A stretch of DNA of 64,000 nucleotides from a bacterium (lineage in GTDB: Bacteria > BMS3Abin14). Position 1 is the first letter of the stretch; every line of letters begins with the position of its first letter. The position numbers and the translations under genes were made by a program. The DNA is taken from positions 43,625 through 107,624 of the forward strand of contig CP070719.1 of the NCBI GenBank assembly GCA_020350725.1. Direction: 5' to 3'. This document shows, piece by piece, positions 8,021 to 21,665 of the stretch. Below the pieces are notes generated by a model. That model did no database searches. It worked only from the letters and a program-made list of their open reading frames with translations, and was not told where the DNA came from.

Positions 8021-9937
8021 CTAGGTCCGGCCCCCCCCGGCAGGATCGCCTTCCGGATCCCGGCCCCTGTTGCTCCCCGCCAGGTAAATCATCAGGGCGG
8101 ACACCGCCGCCGGCGTGACGCCCGGTATCCGGCTGGCCTGGCCCAGCGTACGGGGCCTCACTCCTTCCAGCTTCTCCCTCACCTCCGCCGATATCGCTCC
8201 CAGGGACGAATAGTCGATATCCTCCGGAATCCGCAGGCTCTCGAGGTGTCTCATCTTCTCGACCATCGCCTCCTGGCGTCTGATATAACCTTCATATTTG
8301 ACCTGGATCTGGACCTGGTCGGCAACGTCCCTCCGCTCTGCGGGCTCGAATCCGGGGTTATATTCCGTCAGGTCCCGGTAGGAGACCTCCGGCTGCCGGA
8401 GGGCATCGAAAAGGAGCGATCCCTGCCTGGGTGCCCCCTCGCCCAGGTCCACCGTCACCCGGTGCCTGCCCAGCCTCTCTATCTCCTCCTCGATCAGACG
8501 CGCCTTTTCTTTCGTGGTCTCCGCTTCTTCGGCGGTTATGAGGCCGACGGCGTGTCCCTTGTCCATGAGGCGGAGATCGGCATTGTCCTCCCTGAGGAGG
8601 AGCCGATGCTCCGCACGGGACGTCAACAGGCGATAGGGCTCGGATGTTCCCTTGGTCACCAGATCGTCGACCAGGACACCGATGTAGGACTCGTTGCGGC
8701 CGAGGACCAGGGGAGGGTCACCCTTCACCCGAAGGCCGGCATTGATTCCAGCGACCAGGCCCTGGCCGGCTGCCTCCTCGTAACCCGAGGTGCCGTTGAT
8801 CTGACCGGCCAGGAACAGGCCCGGCACGGATTTAACCTGGAGATCGGGGCCGAGCTGTGTGGGATGCACGAAGTCGTACTCGATGGCGTAACCGGGTCGC
8901 ATGATCTGCACCTCCTCGAGGCCGGGGATCGTACGCAGCATCTCGAGCTGGACGTCAATGGGGAGCCCGGTGAACATTCCGTTCGTGTAGATCTCCCTCG
9001 TGGAAAGGCCCTCCGGCTCGAGAAAGAGCCGGTGGCCGGTACGTCCGGGAAAGGCCCTCACTTTGTCCTCGACGCTGGGGCAGTAGCGGGGAGGCGCCCC
9101 CGTCATCACCCCGGAGATCATGGGCGAGCGATCGAGGTTGTCCGCAATGATCCTGTGGGTCTTCTCGTTGGTCCTGGCGATCCAGCAGGGCACCTGGTCT
9201 CTCTCGATCCGGTGGTTCCTGAAGGAGAAGGGGACAAAATCCGGATCGCCGTTCTGGGGCGTCAGGGGCCGAAAATCAATGGTCTTGGCGTCCAGCCGCG
9301 GCGTGGTGCAGGTCATGAGCCTTCCCATCCGCAGGCCGAGGCCGGCGAGGGCCGCCGACAGGGAAACGGCCGCAAACTCACCGGCCCTGCCTGCCGCGTA
9401 CCGGGTGTCACCGATGTGTACCATGCCGTTGAGAAACGTTCCCGAGGACACGACGACCGTCCGGGCCGGGAATTCCTCTCCCGCCTGGGTATGGACCCCG
9501 ACCACCTGCGCCCCGTCCATGAGGAAGCCCTCCGCCAGGCCCTGTTTGATGTGGAGCCGCTCCTGTCCCTCCAGCTTCTCCTTCATCCACGTCTTGTACT
9601 GGAGCATGTCGGCCTGGGCTCTTGAGGAGCGGACAGCCGGACCCTTCCGGGTGTTGAGGCGGCGGAACTGAATGCCGGTGGCGTCGATCGCCTGGGCCAT
9701 GACCCCCCCCAGAGCATCGATCTCCCTCACCACATGCCCTTTGGCGAGGCCCCCGATGGCGGGGTTGCAGGACATCTGGGCGATCTGGTCGATGGAAATC
9801 GACAGGAGAAGGGTCTCCAGCCCCATCCGGGCCGCTGCCATAGCTGCCTCGCATCCGGCGTGTCCGCCGCCGACCACAACCACATCGTATTGTGTAGAGG
9901 GGCGGAATCCCTTCGTCCGCCGATGGTCCCTATTCAT
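8021..9937 (-). CDS. mnmG: tRNA uridine 5-carboxymethylaminomethyl modification enzyme MnmG (GidA)
   Basis: FAD-binding N-terminus YDVVVVGGGHAGCEAA; start set at internal Met of the 655 aa ORF. Confidence 0.9.
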   Translation of the reverse strand: MNRDHRRTKGFRPSTQYDVVVVGGGHAGCEAAMAAARMGLETLLLSISIDQIAQMSCNPAIGGLAKGHVVREIDALGGVMAQAIDATGIQFRRLNTRKGPAVRSSRAQADMLQYKTWMKEKLEGQERLHIKQGLAEGFLMDGAQVVGVHTQAGEEFPARTVVVSSGTFLNGMVHIGDTRYAAGRAGEFAAVSLSAALAGLGLRMGRLMTCTTPRLDAKTIDFRPLTPQNGDPDFVPFSFRNHRIERDQVPCWIARTNEKTHRIIADNLDRSPMISGVMTGAPPRYCPSVEDKVRAFPGRTGHRLFLEPEGLSTREIYTNGMFTGLPIDVQLEMLRTIPGLEEVQIMRPGYAIEYDFVHPTQLGPDLQVKSVPGLFLAGQINGTSGYEEAAGQGLVAGINAGLRVKGDPPLVLGRNESYIGVLVDDLVTKGTSEPYRLLTSRAEHRLLLREDNADLRLMDKGHAVGLITAEEAETTKEKARLIEEEIERLGRHRVTVDLGEGAPRQGSLLFDALRQPEVSYRDLTEYNPGFEPAERRDVADQVQIQVKYEGYIRRQEAMVEKMRHLESLRIPEDIDYSSLGAISAEVREKLEGVRPRTLGQASRIPGVTPAAVSALMIYLAGSNRGRDPEGDPAGGGRT

Positions 9938-10028
9938 GGAACAACCCTCGAGCAAATGCCGGGATATCCGGCCGGGCCGCCAACACACCCGTTCCCCTGT
10001 CCGAGCCGTCCTCCGGGTACCCCATCAT

Positions 10029-10044
10029 TGTTTCACGTGAAACA
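10029..10044. other. parS centromere-like site (second perfect copy TGTTTCACGTGAAACA)
   Basis: Identical 16-mer to the site at 7262; in the mnmE-mnmG intergenic region. Confidence 0.85.
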
Positions 10045-10150
10045 CTCAATGCCCTGCCCCCGGGTTCTTCGCCGCATGGGCGGCTCCGCTTGGGTCACGG
10101 CCTTTATGAAAATCTGTTAACGCCATCAGGGAACGGCGGGCTTTTCGCTG

Positions 10151-11536
10151 TTACTTGCCGATGCAGAACCGGGAGAAGATCTCGTCGAGGACCATGTCGG
10201 CGGTCATCTCGCCGGTGAGCTCACCGATCCTCATCATGGCATCGCCTACATCAACCGCCACCAGTTCCGGATCGACACCTCCCTCCAGGCCGGCAGCGGC
10301 CCTCTCGCACGCTTCCTTGAGCCCGTTGAGGGCCTCGGCCTGTCGGACGGAGGTGACAACGCCTCCTTCCAGGCCAACGGGTTCCCCGCCCCGGTCCAGA
10401 ACGTGCCGATGAATGGCCGCCTTGAGGTCTTCCAGCCCGTGTCCGGTTTTCGCGGACACGGACACCGCCCCGCCGGGAGGACCGGCATCGGCAGGGTGCA
10501 GGTCGGATTTGTTGGCCACGATCACTCTGGCGACGCCCTCCGTTTCCCCGAGGAGGGACATGTCGCCCCGTCCGGGGGGCCTCGATGAGTCCAGAATGAT
10601 CAGCAGCAGGTCGGCCCTCTCCATCATCCTTCTCGTCCTCAGGACGCCCTCCACTTCCACGCCATCGGCCGCCTCTCTGATGCCCGCGGTATCCACCACC
10701 TTCACCGGAATGCCGTGGGCGTCGATCCTTCCCTCGATGAAATCTCTGGTCGTTCCGGCCATCTCATGGACGATGGCCCTCTCCTCGCCGAGGAGGGCGT
10801 TCAGGATGCTGGATTTCCCCACGTTGGGCGTTCCGATGATGACGGCGGAGAGGCCCTCCGACAGGGCGATGCCCTCCCGTGCGGTGGAAAGGAGCTTCCG
10901 GGTCAGGGCCAGTGCGTTTCGGGTGCATTCGAGGGCGCGGCCAGGCTGTATGTCGCCCTCGATCTCCTCCGGAAAGTCGATGGACGCTTCGAGGAGGGCC
11001 TTTACCTCCAGCAGGTTTCTCCTGATGGCGGCAGCTTCCCGCCCGGTCGCCCCCTCAACCTGCCGCAGCATCACCCTGCGGGCCTGATCCGTGGAAGCGT
11101 GGACGAGCCTGGCGACCGCCTCGGCCTGCGACAGATCCATCCGCCCATTGAGGAATGCCCGGCGGGTGAACTCACCCGGGTCCGCCAGGCGGGCCCCCGC
11201 CTCCAGAGAGGCCTCCAGGATGGCCTTCATGATGAGAGGTCCGCCGTGAGCGGTGATCTCGACGACGTCCTCTCCGGTGTACGACCTCGGTTGCTGAAAG
11301 AAGAGGAGGAGCGCCTGGTCAATGGGGTCGGATGCCGCGCCCGGGCGATGGGAGTGGCCCACCAGGGCCCGCCGCGGCTCCGGCGGAAAGGAGCGCCAGC
11401 CGGTCCGGGGAGTGAATACGGTCCGCGCCACCTCCAGGACCCGGGGCCCGCTGATGCGCACCATGCCTATCCCCCCGGGGCCGGGTGGGGTGGATACGGC
11501 GACGATCGTGTCCGTTCCTGGTCCTGTCCTTGCCAT
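10151..11536 (-). CDS. mnmE: tRNA modification GTPase MnmE (TrmE)
   Basis: 461 aa; G-domain GTPNVGKSS, C-terminal CIGK motif. Confidence 0.9.
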   Translation of the reverse strand: MARTGPGTDTIVAVSTPPGPGGIGMVRISGPRVLEVARTVFTPRTGWRSFPPEPRRALVGHSHRPGAASDPIDQALLLFFQQPRSYTGEDVVEITAHGGPLIMKAILEASLEAGARLADPGEFTRRAFLNGRMDLSQAEAVARLVHASTDQARRVMLRQVEGATGREAAAIRRNLLEVKALLEASIDFPEEIEGDIQPGRALECTRNALALTRKLLSTAREGIALSEGLSAVIIGTPNVGKSSILNALLGEERAIVHEMAGTTRDFIEGRIDAHGIPVKVVDTAGIREAADGVEVEGVLRTRRMMERADLLLIILDSSRPPGRGDMSLLGETEGVARVIVANKSDLHPADAGPPGGAVSVSAKTGHGLEDLKAAIHRHVLDRGGEPVGLEGGVVTSVRQAEALNGLKEACERAAAGLEGGVDPELVAVDVGDAMMRIGELTGEMTADMVLDEIFSRFCIGK

Positions 11537-11607
11537 CTCACACAGAGGTGTCGGTGCCGCTCGGCGCAGGCCAGAGGAGGCCGGACCTCTCCCCGTCGTC
11601 TCCCGGC

Positions 11608-13308
11608 CTACTTCTTCCCCTTGCCCTTCTTGACCTTGACCGGCTCGGGCTCAGGAAGGCTCTTGTCGTCCCTCTTGTTCAGATAGTACTGGTGGCCTAT
11701 GGTGAGGACGTTGTTGACCAGCCAGTAGATGACCAGGCCGGCCGGAAAATTGAGGAAGAGGGCGGTAAACATGATGGGCATGAAAAGCATGATCTTCTGC
11801 TGCCTGGGGTCCCCCGCGGCGGGCGTCATCTTCTGCTGGAGGAACATGGTGCCGCCCATGATGATGGGCGTTATGTAGTAGGGATCCTTGGCGGACAGAT
11901 CGGTGATCCAGAGGAAGAACGGAGCGTGTCTCAGCTCAATGGCCCCCAGCAGGGCCCGGTAGAGGGCAAAGAACACCGGAATCTGGACCAGGATGGGCAG
12001 GCAGCCACCCGCCGGGTTGACCCGGTGCTCCCGGTAAAGGGCCATGATCTCCTGGTTCAGTTTTTCCCGATCCTTCTTGTACCTCTCTCTCAGGGCGTTG
12101 ATCTGCGGGTTGAGCCGGCTCATCTTCTTCATGGACCGGTGGCTGGCCGTGGAGAAGGGGATGAAAAATATCTTGATCAAAATGGTCAGGATGATGATCG
12201 ACAACCCGTAATTCTTGACATATTTGTAAAAGAAATTGAGGAGGTCCATCAGCGGCTGGGCGATGAAACCGAAGAAGCCAAGGTTGATGGTCTTGCGGAG
12301 GGTCTCGTCCACAGTCCTGAGGGAGACCATCTCCTTCGGTCCGATGTAGACGAGCGCCTTCATCGCCGACGCCTGCCCCGTGAGCAGCCTCACCTGGGAG
12401 GTGAGAGCCACCCCCATTCTCCCGTCTTCCTGCTTCCGGGCAAGGGAACCGTCCGCTCCGCTGACCGGGATCATGGCGGCGGTGAAATACATGTCGGTGG
12501 TCGCGATCCATTGGGGCAGATATTCCAGGTCCTGCGTTCCGTCCACCTTTCCCGGCTTGATCTTCCTGGTCTTGTCGCCGACGAGGGCCAGTGCTCCCTG
12601 ATACCCGTACCGTCCTCCCCCGAAGGGTCCGCCCTCCTTCTCTTCCGCCAGGGGCTCGAGGCCGGGCTCCCAGACCAGGGAGAGCCTGCCGTTCAATGGG
12701 GCTGGACCGCGATTGAGGATCTTCACGTCTGTTTTGATGCCGTAATTGTCGCCGGAGAAGGTGAAGGTCTTGACCATCTCGAGGCCCTCCTCCGTCCGGA
12801 AGCGGAATCCTGCGGACGCCTCCTGGCCTTCCTCGATCAACATGTCGCGCCCCTCTATGACGAACAGGGCGTCCTGCAGGCCGAGCGGTCCGCCCGCCGC
12901 GGTGAACTCGGCGCTGAGGGGCAATGTTTCCGCCCGGGGTGACCGGACCATCTCGACGAAGGATTCGGGCTCTCTGGGATCCTCAAGGAACTTCATGAGC
13001 CGATAGCTCTTGATGCCTCCACCCCGGTTGGTGAGAACCGCCGTATATAGAGGCGTTCGAACGACGACCTGCTTCTCGGCCGACTCCTGCAGGGCGCCGG
13101 GACCCTCTTCCGGGAAAACCTCTCCGGTTTCCGGTGGCGGCAGAAGACCTGCGTCTGGCTCCCGGTCGGCCGGGACGATCTCCTCGACAACCGGCCCGGT
13201 CTCCTCCTCCGGCGTGGGGGGAGACGGAGCGAAATACGACTGCCAGACGAAGAGAAACACGAAGGAGATAGCAACGGCTAATATCAGGCGTTTTATCTGG
13301 TCATCCAT
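11608..13308 (-). CDS. yidC: membrane protein insertase YidC
   Basis: 566 aa; N-terminal TM, large periplasmic domain, C-terminal multi-TM core and basic tail; conserved position. Confidence 0.9.
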   Translation of the reverse strand: MDDQIKRLILAVAISFVFLFVWQSYFAPSPPTPEEETGPVVEEIVPADREPDAGLLPPPETGEVFPEEGPGALQESAEKQVVVRTPLYTAVLTNRGGGIKSYRLMKFLEDPREPESFVEMVRSPRAETLPLSAEFTAAGGPLGLQDALFVIEGRDMLIEEGQEASAGFRFRTEEGLEMVKTFTFSGDNYGIKTDVKILNRGPAPLNGRLSLVWEPGLEPLAEEKEGGPFGGGRYGYQGALALVGDKTRKIKPGKVDGTQDLEYLPQWIATTDMYFTAAMIPVSGADGSLARKQEDGRMGVALTSQVRLLTGQASAMKALVYIGPKEMVSLRTVDETLRKTINLGFFGFIAQPLMDLLNFFYKYVKNYGLSIIILTILIKIFFIPFSTASHRSMKKMSRLNPQINALRERYKKDREKLNQEIMALYREHRVNPAGGCLPILVQIPVFFALYRALLGAIELRHAPFFLWITDLSAKDPYYITPIIMGGTMFLQQKMTPAAGDPRQQKIMLFMPIMFTALFLNFPAGLVIYWLVNNVLTIGHQYYLNKRDDKSLPEPEPVKVKKGKGKK

Positions 13309-13684
13309 GGTGCAGCCTTTCTCTGTGGGATATCAGGCCCCGGCGACCGATCGCCGGCGGGCATGGCCGGAGAAGGCCCTTCTTCCTCGATCCCGGCCCC
13401 TCGATATCAGGCTGATCGTCCGGTGAGGCCGGCTTTCCTTTTCCCGGCAGCTCCGCCTCTTCCCTGCGGACGATCCCGGGCACAGGGTCGTATCCGCTCC
13501 TCCCCAGGGGGTGACACCTCAGAAGCCGTCCCGCGGCCAGGAAGCTTCCCCTGGCGGCACCGTGGACCTCAATGGCCTCCAGGGCGTAAAGAGAGCAGGA
13601 CGGAAGGTATCGGCATGATCCGGGGAGCGCCGGCGAGATCCAGGTTCGATAGACGCTGATCAGGGCAAGCAGAAACCTTTTCAT
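13301..13684 (-). CDS. yidD: membrane protein insertion efficiency factor YidD
   Basis: N-terminal YRTWISPALPGSCRYLPSCSLYALEAIEVHG matches YidD; C-terminal extension uncertain. Confidence 0.75.
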   Translation of the reverse strand: MKRFLLALISVYRTWISPALPGSCRYLPSCSLYALEAIEVHGAARGSFLAAGRLLRCHPLGRSGYDPVPGIVRREEAELPGKGKPASPDDQPDIEGPGSRKKGLLRPCPPAIGRRGLISHRERLHHG

Positions 13685-14055
13685 TGATCTTTCCCGAGGA
13701 GAAGACCGGCCTGGCCGGCAAGCTCGAGAAGCTCCCGTTCCAGGTCAGCGAAGCGGGCGCTCTGCGCCCCTTTTCTGGGTATGACGATGATATCGTACGC
13801 GGGGATAAACCGGTCTCTGTTGAGCCGCTGGATCTCGCGGATCCTCCTCTTAATCCTGTTTCTGCTGACCGCGTTGCCGTGCTTTCGGGATACGGTCTGT
13901 CCGAATCTGGTGGTGGTCAATCCGTTGGCAACGGATAAGAGGACGAGGTGTCGGCCCTGGACCCTGATCCCCCCTTGCTGTGCCCTGAGGAAATCCGAGC
14001 GAGAGCGGACGCGGCAGAGACGGGGAAAGGACCGTCGGGGGCTCTCTGTTTTCAG
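13681..14055 (-). CDS. rnpA: ribonuclease P protein component
   Basis: Basic protein with RNR motif region ([14 protein letters not shown]); no in-frame ATG after rpmH, so start is uncertain (possibly non-canonical near 14055). Confidence 0.65.
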   Translation of the reverse strand: MKTESPRRSFPRLCRVRSRSDFLRAQQGGIRVQGRHLVLLSVANGLTTTRFGQTVSRKHGNAVSRNRIKRRIREIQRLNRDRFIPAYDIIVIPRKGAQSARFADLERELLELAGQAGLLLGKDQ

Positions 14056-14186
14056 ACTGTCAGACGTTTTCTTCCCTTTGCCCGCCTTCTCTTCAGGATC
14101 AGGCGGCCTGAGCGGGTCCGCATCCGGATTCTGAACCCATGTGTCCTCTTCCGGCTGATATTGCTGGGCTGGTAGGTCCTCTTCAA
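14052..14186 (-). CDS. rpmH: 50S ribosomal protein L34
   Basis: 44 aa, below the ORF-track size cut-off; hand translation from TTG at 14186 gives [44 protein letters not shown]; AGGAGG 7 nt upstream. Confidence 0.8.
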   Translation of the reverse strand: MKRTYQPSNISRKRTHGFRIRMRTRSGRLILKRRRAKGRKRLTV

Positions 14187-14651
14187 GATGAATCCTCCTG
14201 ATACGACATAACATCCCGGGAACACGTTCCGCGGCGGAGCTCGCGTTTCTCCTCTACAGGGTAACTCAGAAGCATGCGAATAAAATGTAGAACGTGCCTA
14301 TATAACAGAGAAACGGCCGTTATTCAAGACGATTCTGGACAGAGTGAGCGGTGCAGCGGGGGTGGAGGAGGGAAATCTGCCGCCGGCGGGTCAATACGGT
14401 CCGGAAGCGGGCATAGCGCCCGTCCGATCCGTTTGTTTTATCTCCCTCCGACCACCATCTGTCCCTTTTCTCTTGAACAATCATGGGCCAATCTGATATA
14501 TCAGTTGCTTGCCCCCCGAGAGAAGGGAGCAGGGGGGGCACGGCCCTCATTTTCGATTAATACACAGTCGGCCGCACTGTCCTGGGGGGGGCCCCGTTTC
14601 CGCAGAATCGAACATCCGATAAGTACCTGAGAAAACGCTTTTTTTCCTTGC

Positions 14652-14760
14652 TGTTCCACATATTAACAGCGGGTGTGAAGAGGAACCTTCAGGGGGGGTT
14701 TTTAACCTTCTATGTCCCTGTTTTAAATAGCTTTTTTGGGTTTTCCACAGGTGTGGATAA
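14652..14760. promoter_or_regulatory. DnaA boxes in dnaA upstream region (TGTTCCACA at 14652-14660; inverted pair TTTTCCACA / TGTGGATAA at 14741-14760)
   Basis: Matches to TTATCCACA consensus (one perfect reverse-complement copy) 70-180 bp upstream of dnaA start. Confidence 0.6.
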
Positions 14761-14829
14761 GGCTGTGTGTAACTGGCAGGGTTTCAAACGGGGTTTTACT
14801 CCTTACAAACACCCATAACTAAACGAAAA

Positions 14830-16200
14830 ATGCCCGCTTCAAAACTCTGGAAAGAGATTCTGACAAACCTCCAGGGAGAGGTCAACCCACAGATCTTCTC
14901 CACCTGGTTCGACCCTCTCGTCCCGGTTGACATCGAGGGCGGCAGGCTTGTCCTGGAGGCACCCCACGCCTTCATCCGCGACTGGATCGAGGAGAACTAT
15001 GCCACCACCCTGAACCGCATCGTTCAGTCCCTGACGGGGAAGGATCTGTCGGTCCTGATATTGGTCAGCGAAGGCGGCGCTCCAGAGCCGCCTCCCGCCA
15101 GGAAGCGTCCCAAGAAACCCGCCCGGGAGGCCTCGCCCCCCAAACAGGAGGTCGGAGGGTTCGGAAACGGCGGTCTGAATCCCAAGTACACGTTCGACTC
15201 TTTCGTCGTCGGGTCTTCCAACCAGTTCGCCCACGCCGCCGCCATGGCGGTATCGGAACACCCGGCCAGATCGTACAATCCCCTTTTCGTCTACGGCGGC
15301 GTGGGGCTCGGCAAGACACACCTGATGCATGCCATCGGCCACATGGCCCTTTCCCGAGATCCGAGCCTGCGCCTCTGCTACCTGTCCAGTGAACGCTTCA
15401 TGAACGAGCTGATCAACTCCCTGCGTTTCGACCGCATGCCCCAGTTCCGGGAGATGTACCGGACCATGGACATCCTCCTGGTGGACGACATCCAGTTCAT
15501 TGCCGGCAAAGAACGGACCCAGGAGGAATTCTTCCACACCTTCAATACCCTCTTCGATTCCCACAAGCAGATCGTCGTCTCCTCCGACAAGTACCCCCGC
15601 GAGATACCGGACCTCGAGGAGCGCCTGCGGTCCCGGTTCGAGTGGGGCCTCGTGGCCGACATTCAACCGCCTGACCTGGAGACAAAGATAGCCATCCTCA
15701 ACAAGAAGGCGGCCCAGTCGGGCATCGCCCTCCCTCCGGACGTGTCGCTTTTCCTCGCGGAGAACACGGCTTCCAACATCCGGGAGCTGGAGGGTTTCCT
15801 CCTCCGCATAGCGGCCTTCGCCTCCATCAAGAAAACGACCAAGATCAGCATGGATCTGGTCAACGATGCCCTGCGTAATTTCCTGGATCAGAAGAGGAAG
15901 ATCATCACCGTTGAGGACATCAAAAGAAAGGTGGCCTCCAAGTACAACATCAAGGTGTCGGATATTAAATCCAAGAAGAAGAACAAGACCTTCATTCTCC
16001 CCCGCCACATTGCCATGTATCTGACCCGCCAACTCACGGATCTCTCCCTGCCCGAGATCGGCAGGAGCTTCGGCGGCCGCGACCACACAACCATCATCCA
16101 CGCCATCAACAAGGTGGAGAAGATGTTGTCTGATTCCCCCGAATTCGCCGACAACGTCAACAGGCTCACCAAGGAGATCGAAAACGGCAACCACCACTGA
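14830..16200 (+). CDS. dnaA: chromosomal replication initiator protein DnaA
   Basis: 456 aa; AAA+ Walker A GGVGLGKTHLMHAIG, C-terminal DNA-binding domain. Confidence 0.95.
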   Translation: MPASKLWKEILTNLQGEVNPQIFSTWFDPLVPVDIEGGRLVLEAPHAFIRDWIEENYATTLNRIVQSLTGKDLSVLILVSEGGAPEPPPARKRPKKPAREASPPKQEVGGFGNGGLNPKYTFDSFVVGSSNQFAHAAAMAVSEHPARSYNPLFVYGGVGLGKTHLMHAIGHMALSRDPSLRLCYLSSERFMNELINSLRFDRMPQFREMYRTMDILLVDDIQFIAGKERTQEEFFHTFNTLFDSHKQIVVSSDKYPREIPDLEERLRSRFEWGLVADIQPPDLETKIAILNKKAAQSGIALPPDVSLFLAENTASNIRELEGFLLRIAAFASIKKTTKISMDLVNDALRNFLDQKRKIITVEDIKRKVASKYNIKVSDIKSKKKNKTFILPRHIAMYLTRQLTDLSLPEIGRSFGGRDHTTIIHAINKVEKMLSDSPEFADNVNRLTKEIENGNHH

Positions 16201-16259
16201 TCCTAAGGGGCTCGCCCGGCGCGGTATCCTGAGTCTGTCCACGCCCGTCTGTTCGCAAC

Positions 16260-16520
16260 CCTGTTTACATTCCTGTGGACCTTTCTGTGGACCTTTCTGT
16301 GGAATGCCGCACCTGTGGATGAACGTGGGCTCTTCAACAGATCCGTCCACAGCGACGCCGGAATCTGTTGTCCAATAACTTCATGCAGTTAACCGCCCAT
16401 ACCCCCAATCCACAGTTCCTTCTTTACCTACTACTATCTTTTTTTATATAATAACTAGAAGTGCTAAGTGTTGCTTTACGGTGTGACTTTTTCCATATAA
16501 AATACGCAGAGATTCCGGAC
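16260..16520. other. probable replication origin (oriC): DnaA-box-like repeat cluster plus AT-rich DNA unwinding element
   Basis: Tandem TGTGGAC/TGTGGAA/TGTGGAT motifs with 12-bp spacing around 16275-16325, further box-like ATCCACAG near 16410, then a strongly AT-rich stretch (about 16430-16500) in a GC-rich genome; between dnaA and dnaN. Confidence 0.55.
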
Positions 16521-16701
16521 GTTCGGTAGGGAAAAGGGGGATCGTCCAGAGCTGAGAATCATCCTTCAGGGAGTCGATTCTCCCCGTTACCGAACAGGTA
16601 CTGATATTGGACTCCGGATGGACACCGGCCGGAAGCCGGCTCGACTGTAGATCCGGAATTTGGCGGCCCCCGGGGCTGCATTTACGAACAGGAGGTAAAA
16701 G

Positions 16702-17820
16702 GTGCTTGCATTCTCCATCAACAGAGAAGCCTTTCTCCAGGGCCTGTCGCGTGTCCAGAATATAGTGGAGAAGAAGAACACCGTTCCCATTCTCAGCAAC
16801 GTTCTCATCGACGGAAGCGGTGGAAATCTCAAACTGGTGGCCACCGATATGGAAGTGGGGATCAGCGGCTACCTGGACGGTTCGATGAAAAGCGAAGGGG
16901 CGGTCACGGTCTCGGCCAGAAAGCTTTTCGAGATCATCAAGGAACTGCCGCCGGAAGCGGAGGTTTCCCTCCAGGTCAGGGAAGGCAACATATCGGAAAT
17001 CACCTGCGGGACGTCTTCCTTCGAACTGAAGGGCCTTCCTGCGGAGGACTTTCCCAATCTGCCCTCCTACGAGGAGGAGAACTTCCTCACCCTCGATGCG
17101 GAGTCCTTCGGCGAGATGATCAGGAAGACGATCTACGCCGCCTCAACCGATGAGACCCGTTACAATCTCACCGGGATCCTCCTGGAGATGGAAGACAGGG
17201 AAGGGACCAACATCGTGCGCATGGTAGCCACCGACGGCCACCGTCTGGCGATGGTGGAGAGAGAGGCAAAGGGCAGCATTCGGCCCGGGGAGAGTGTTGT
17301 CATTCCCCGCAAATCACTGAACGAGGTCCGGCGCCTGCTGGACGAGGGAAACGAAGGGGTCGAGATGGACTTTCAGAAACAACACGGTATCTTCCGAAAG
17401 GACTCCATCGTGTTGACGACAAGGTTGATCGACATGTCCTTTCCCAGCTACCAGCAGGTTATACCCGAGGAGAACGGCACTGCGGCCACGGTTGACAGGG
17501 AGGGAATGATCTCCGCCATCAGAAGGGTTTCTCTGTTGTCCTCGGAAAGGTCCAGGGCCGTGAAGTTCACCTTCTCGTCATCGGGCATCACCGTCTTCAC
17601 CAACAACCCCGACCTCGGCGCCGCCACGGAATCGATACCCGTTACCTACGAGGGTGAGGACATGGAGGTGACCTTCAACGCACGCTACATGCTCGACACC
17701 CTGAACTCGATGACTGCCGACGACGTGATTTTAAGCCTCAAGGACGAACTCAGCCCCTGCAAGATTTTCCAGAAGGACGATAAAAGCTACATCGCCGTGA
17801 TTATGCCCATGCGCATCTGA
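16702..17820 (+). CDS. dnaN: DNA polymerase III beta sliding clamp
   Basis: 372 aa; GTG start after AGGAGG; canonical position after dnaA. Confidence 0.9.
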   Translation: MLAFSINREAFLQGLSRVQNIVEKKNTVPILSNVLIDGSGGNLKLVATDMEVGISGYLDGSMKSEGAVTVSARKLFEIIKELPPEAEVSLQVREGNISEITCGTSSFELKGLPAEDFPNLPSYEEENFLTLDAESFGEMIRKTIYAASTDETRYNLTGILLEMEDREGTNIVRMVATDGHRLAMVEREAKGSIRPGESVVIPRKSLNEVRRLLDEGNEGVEMDFQKQHGIFRKDSIVLTTRLIDMSFPSYQQVIPEENGTAATVDREGMISAIRRVSLLSSERSRAVKFTFSSSGITVFTNNPDLGAATESIPVTYEGEDMEVTFNARYMLDTLNSMTADDVILSLKDELSPCKIFQKDDKSYIAVIMPMRI

Positions 17821-17823
17821 TCC

Positions 17824-21578
<3,755 letters not shown>

Positions 21579-21665
21579 GGAGAAAAGACATCGACCGCCG
21601 GAAACAGGAGGCCGGCAGAGGACGGCCGGTCCGCGGTCCCATAGGGGAGTGAAACGGGAAGATAT

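Noticed and set aside
8012-9625. 537-aa plus-strand ORF
   Set aside because: Antisense to mnmG; no recognisable motifs.
14320-14550. 76-aa minus-strand ORF with weak L34-like basic stretch
   Set aside because: The genuine rpmH is at 14052-14186 in another frame with a far better match; this ORF lies in the dnaA upstream regulatory region.
14839-16350. 503-aa minus-strand ORF
   Set aside because: Antisense to dnaA.
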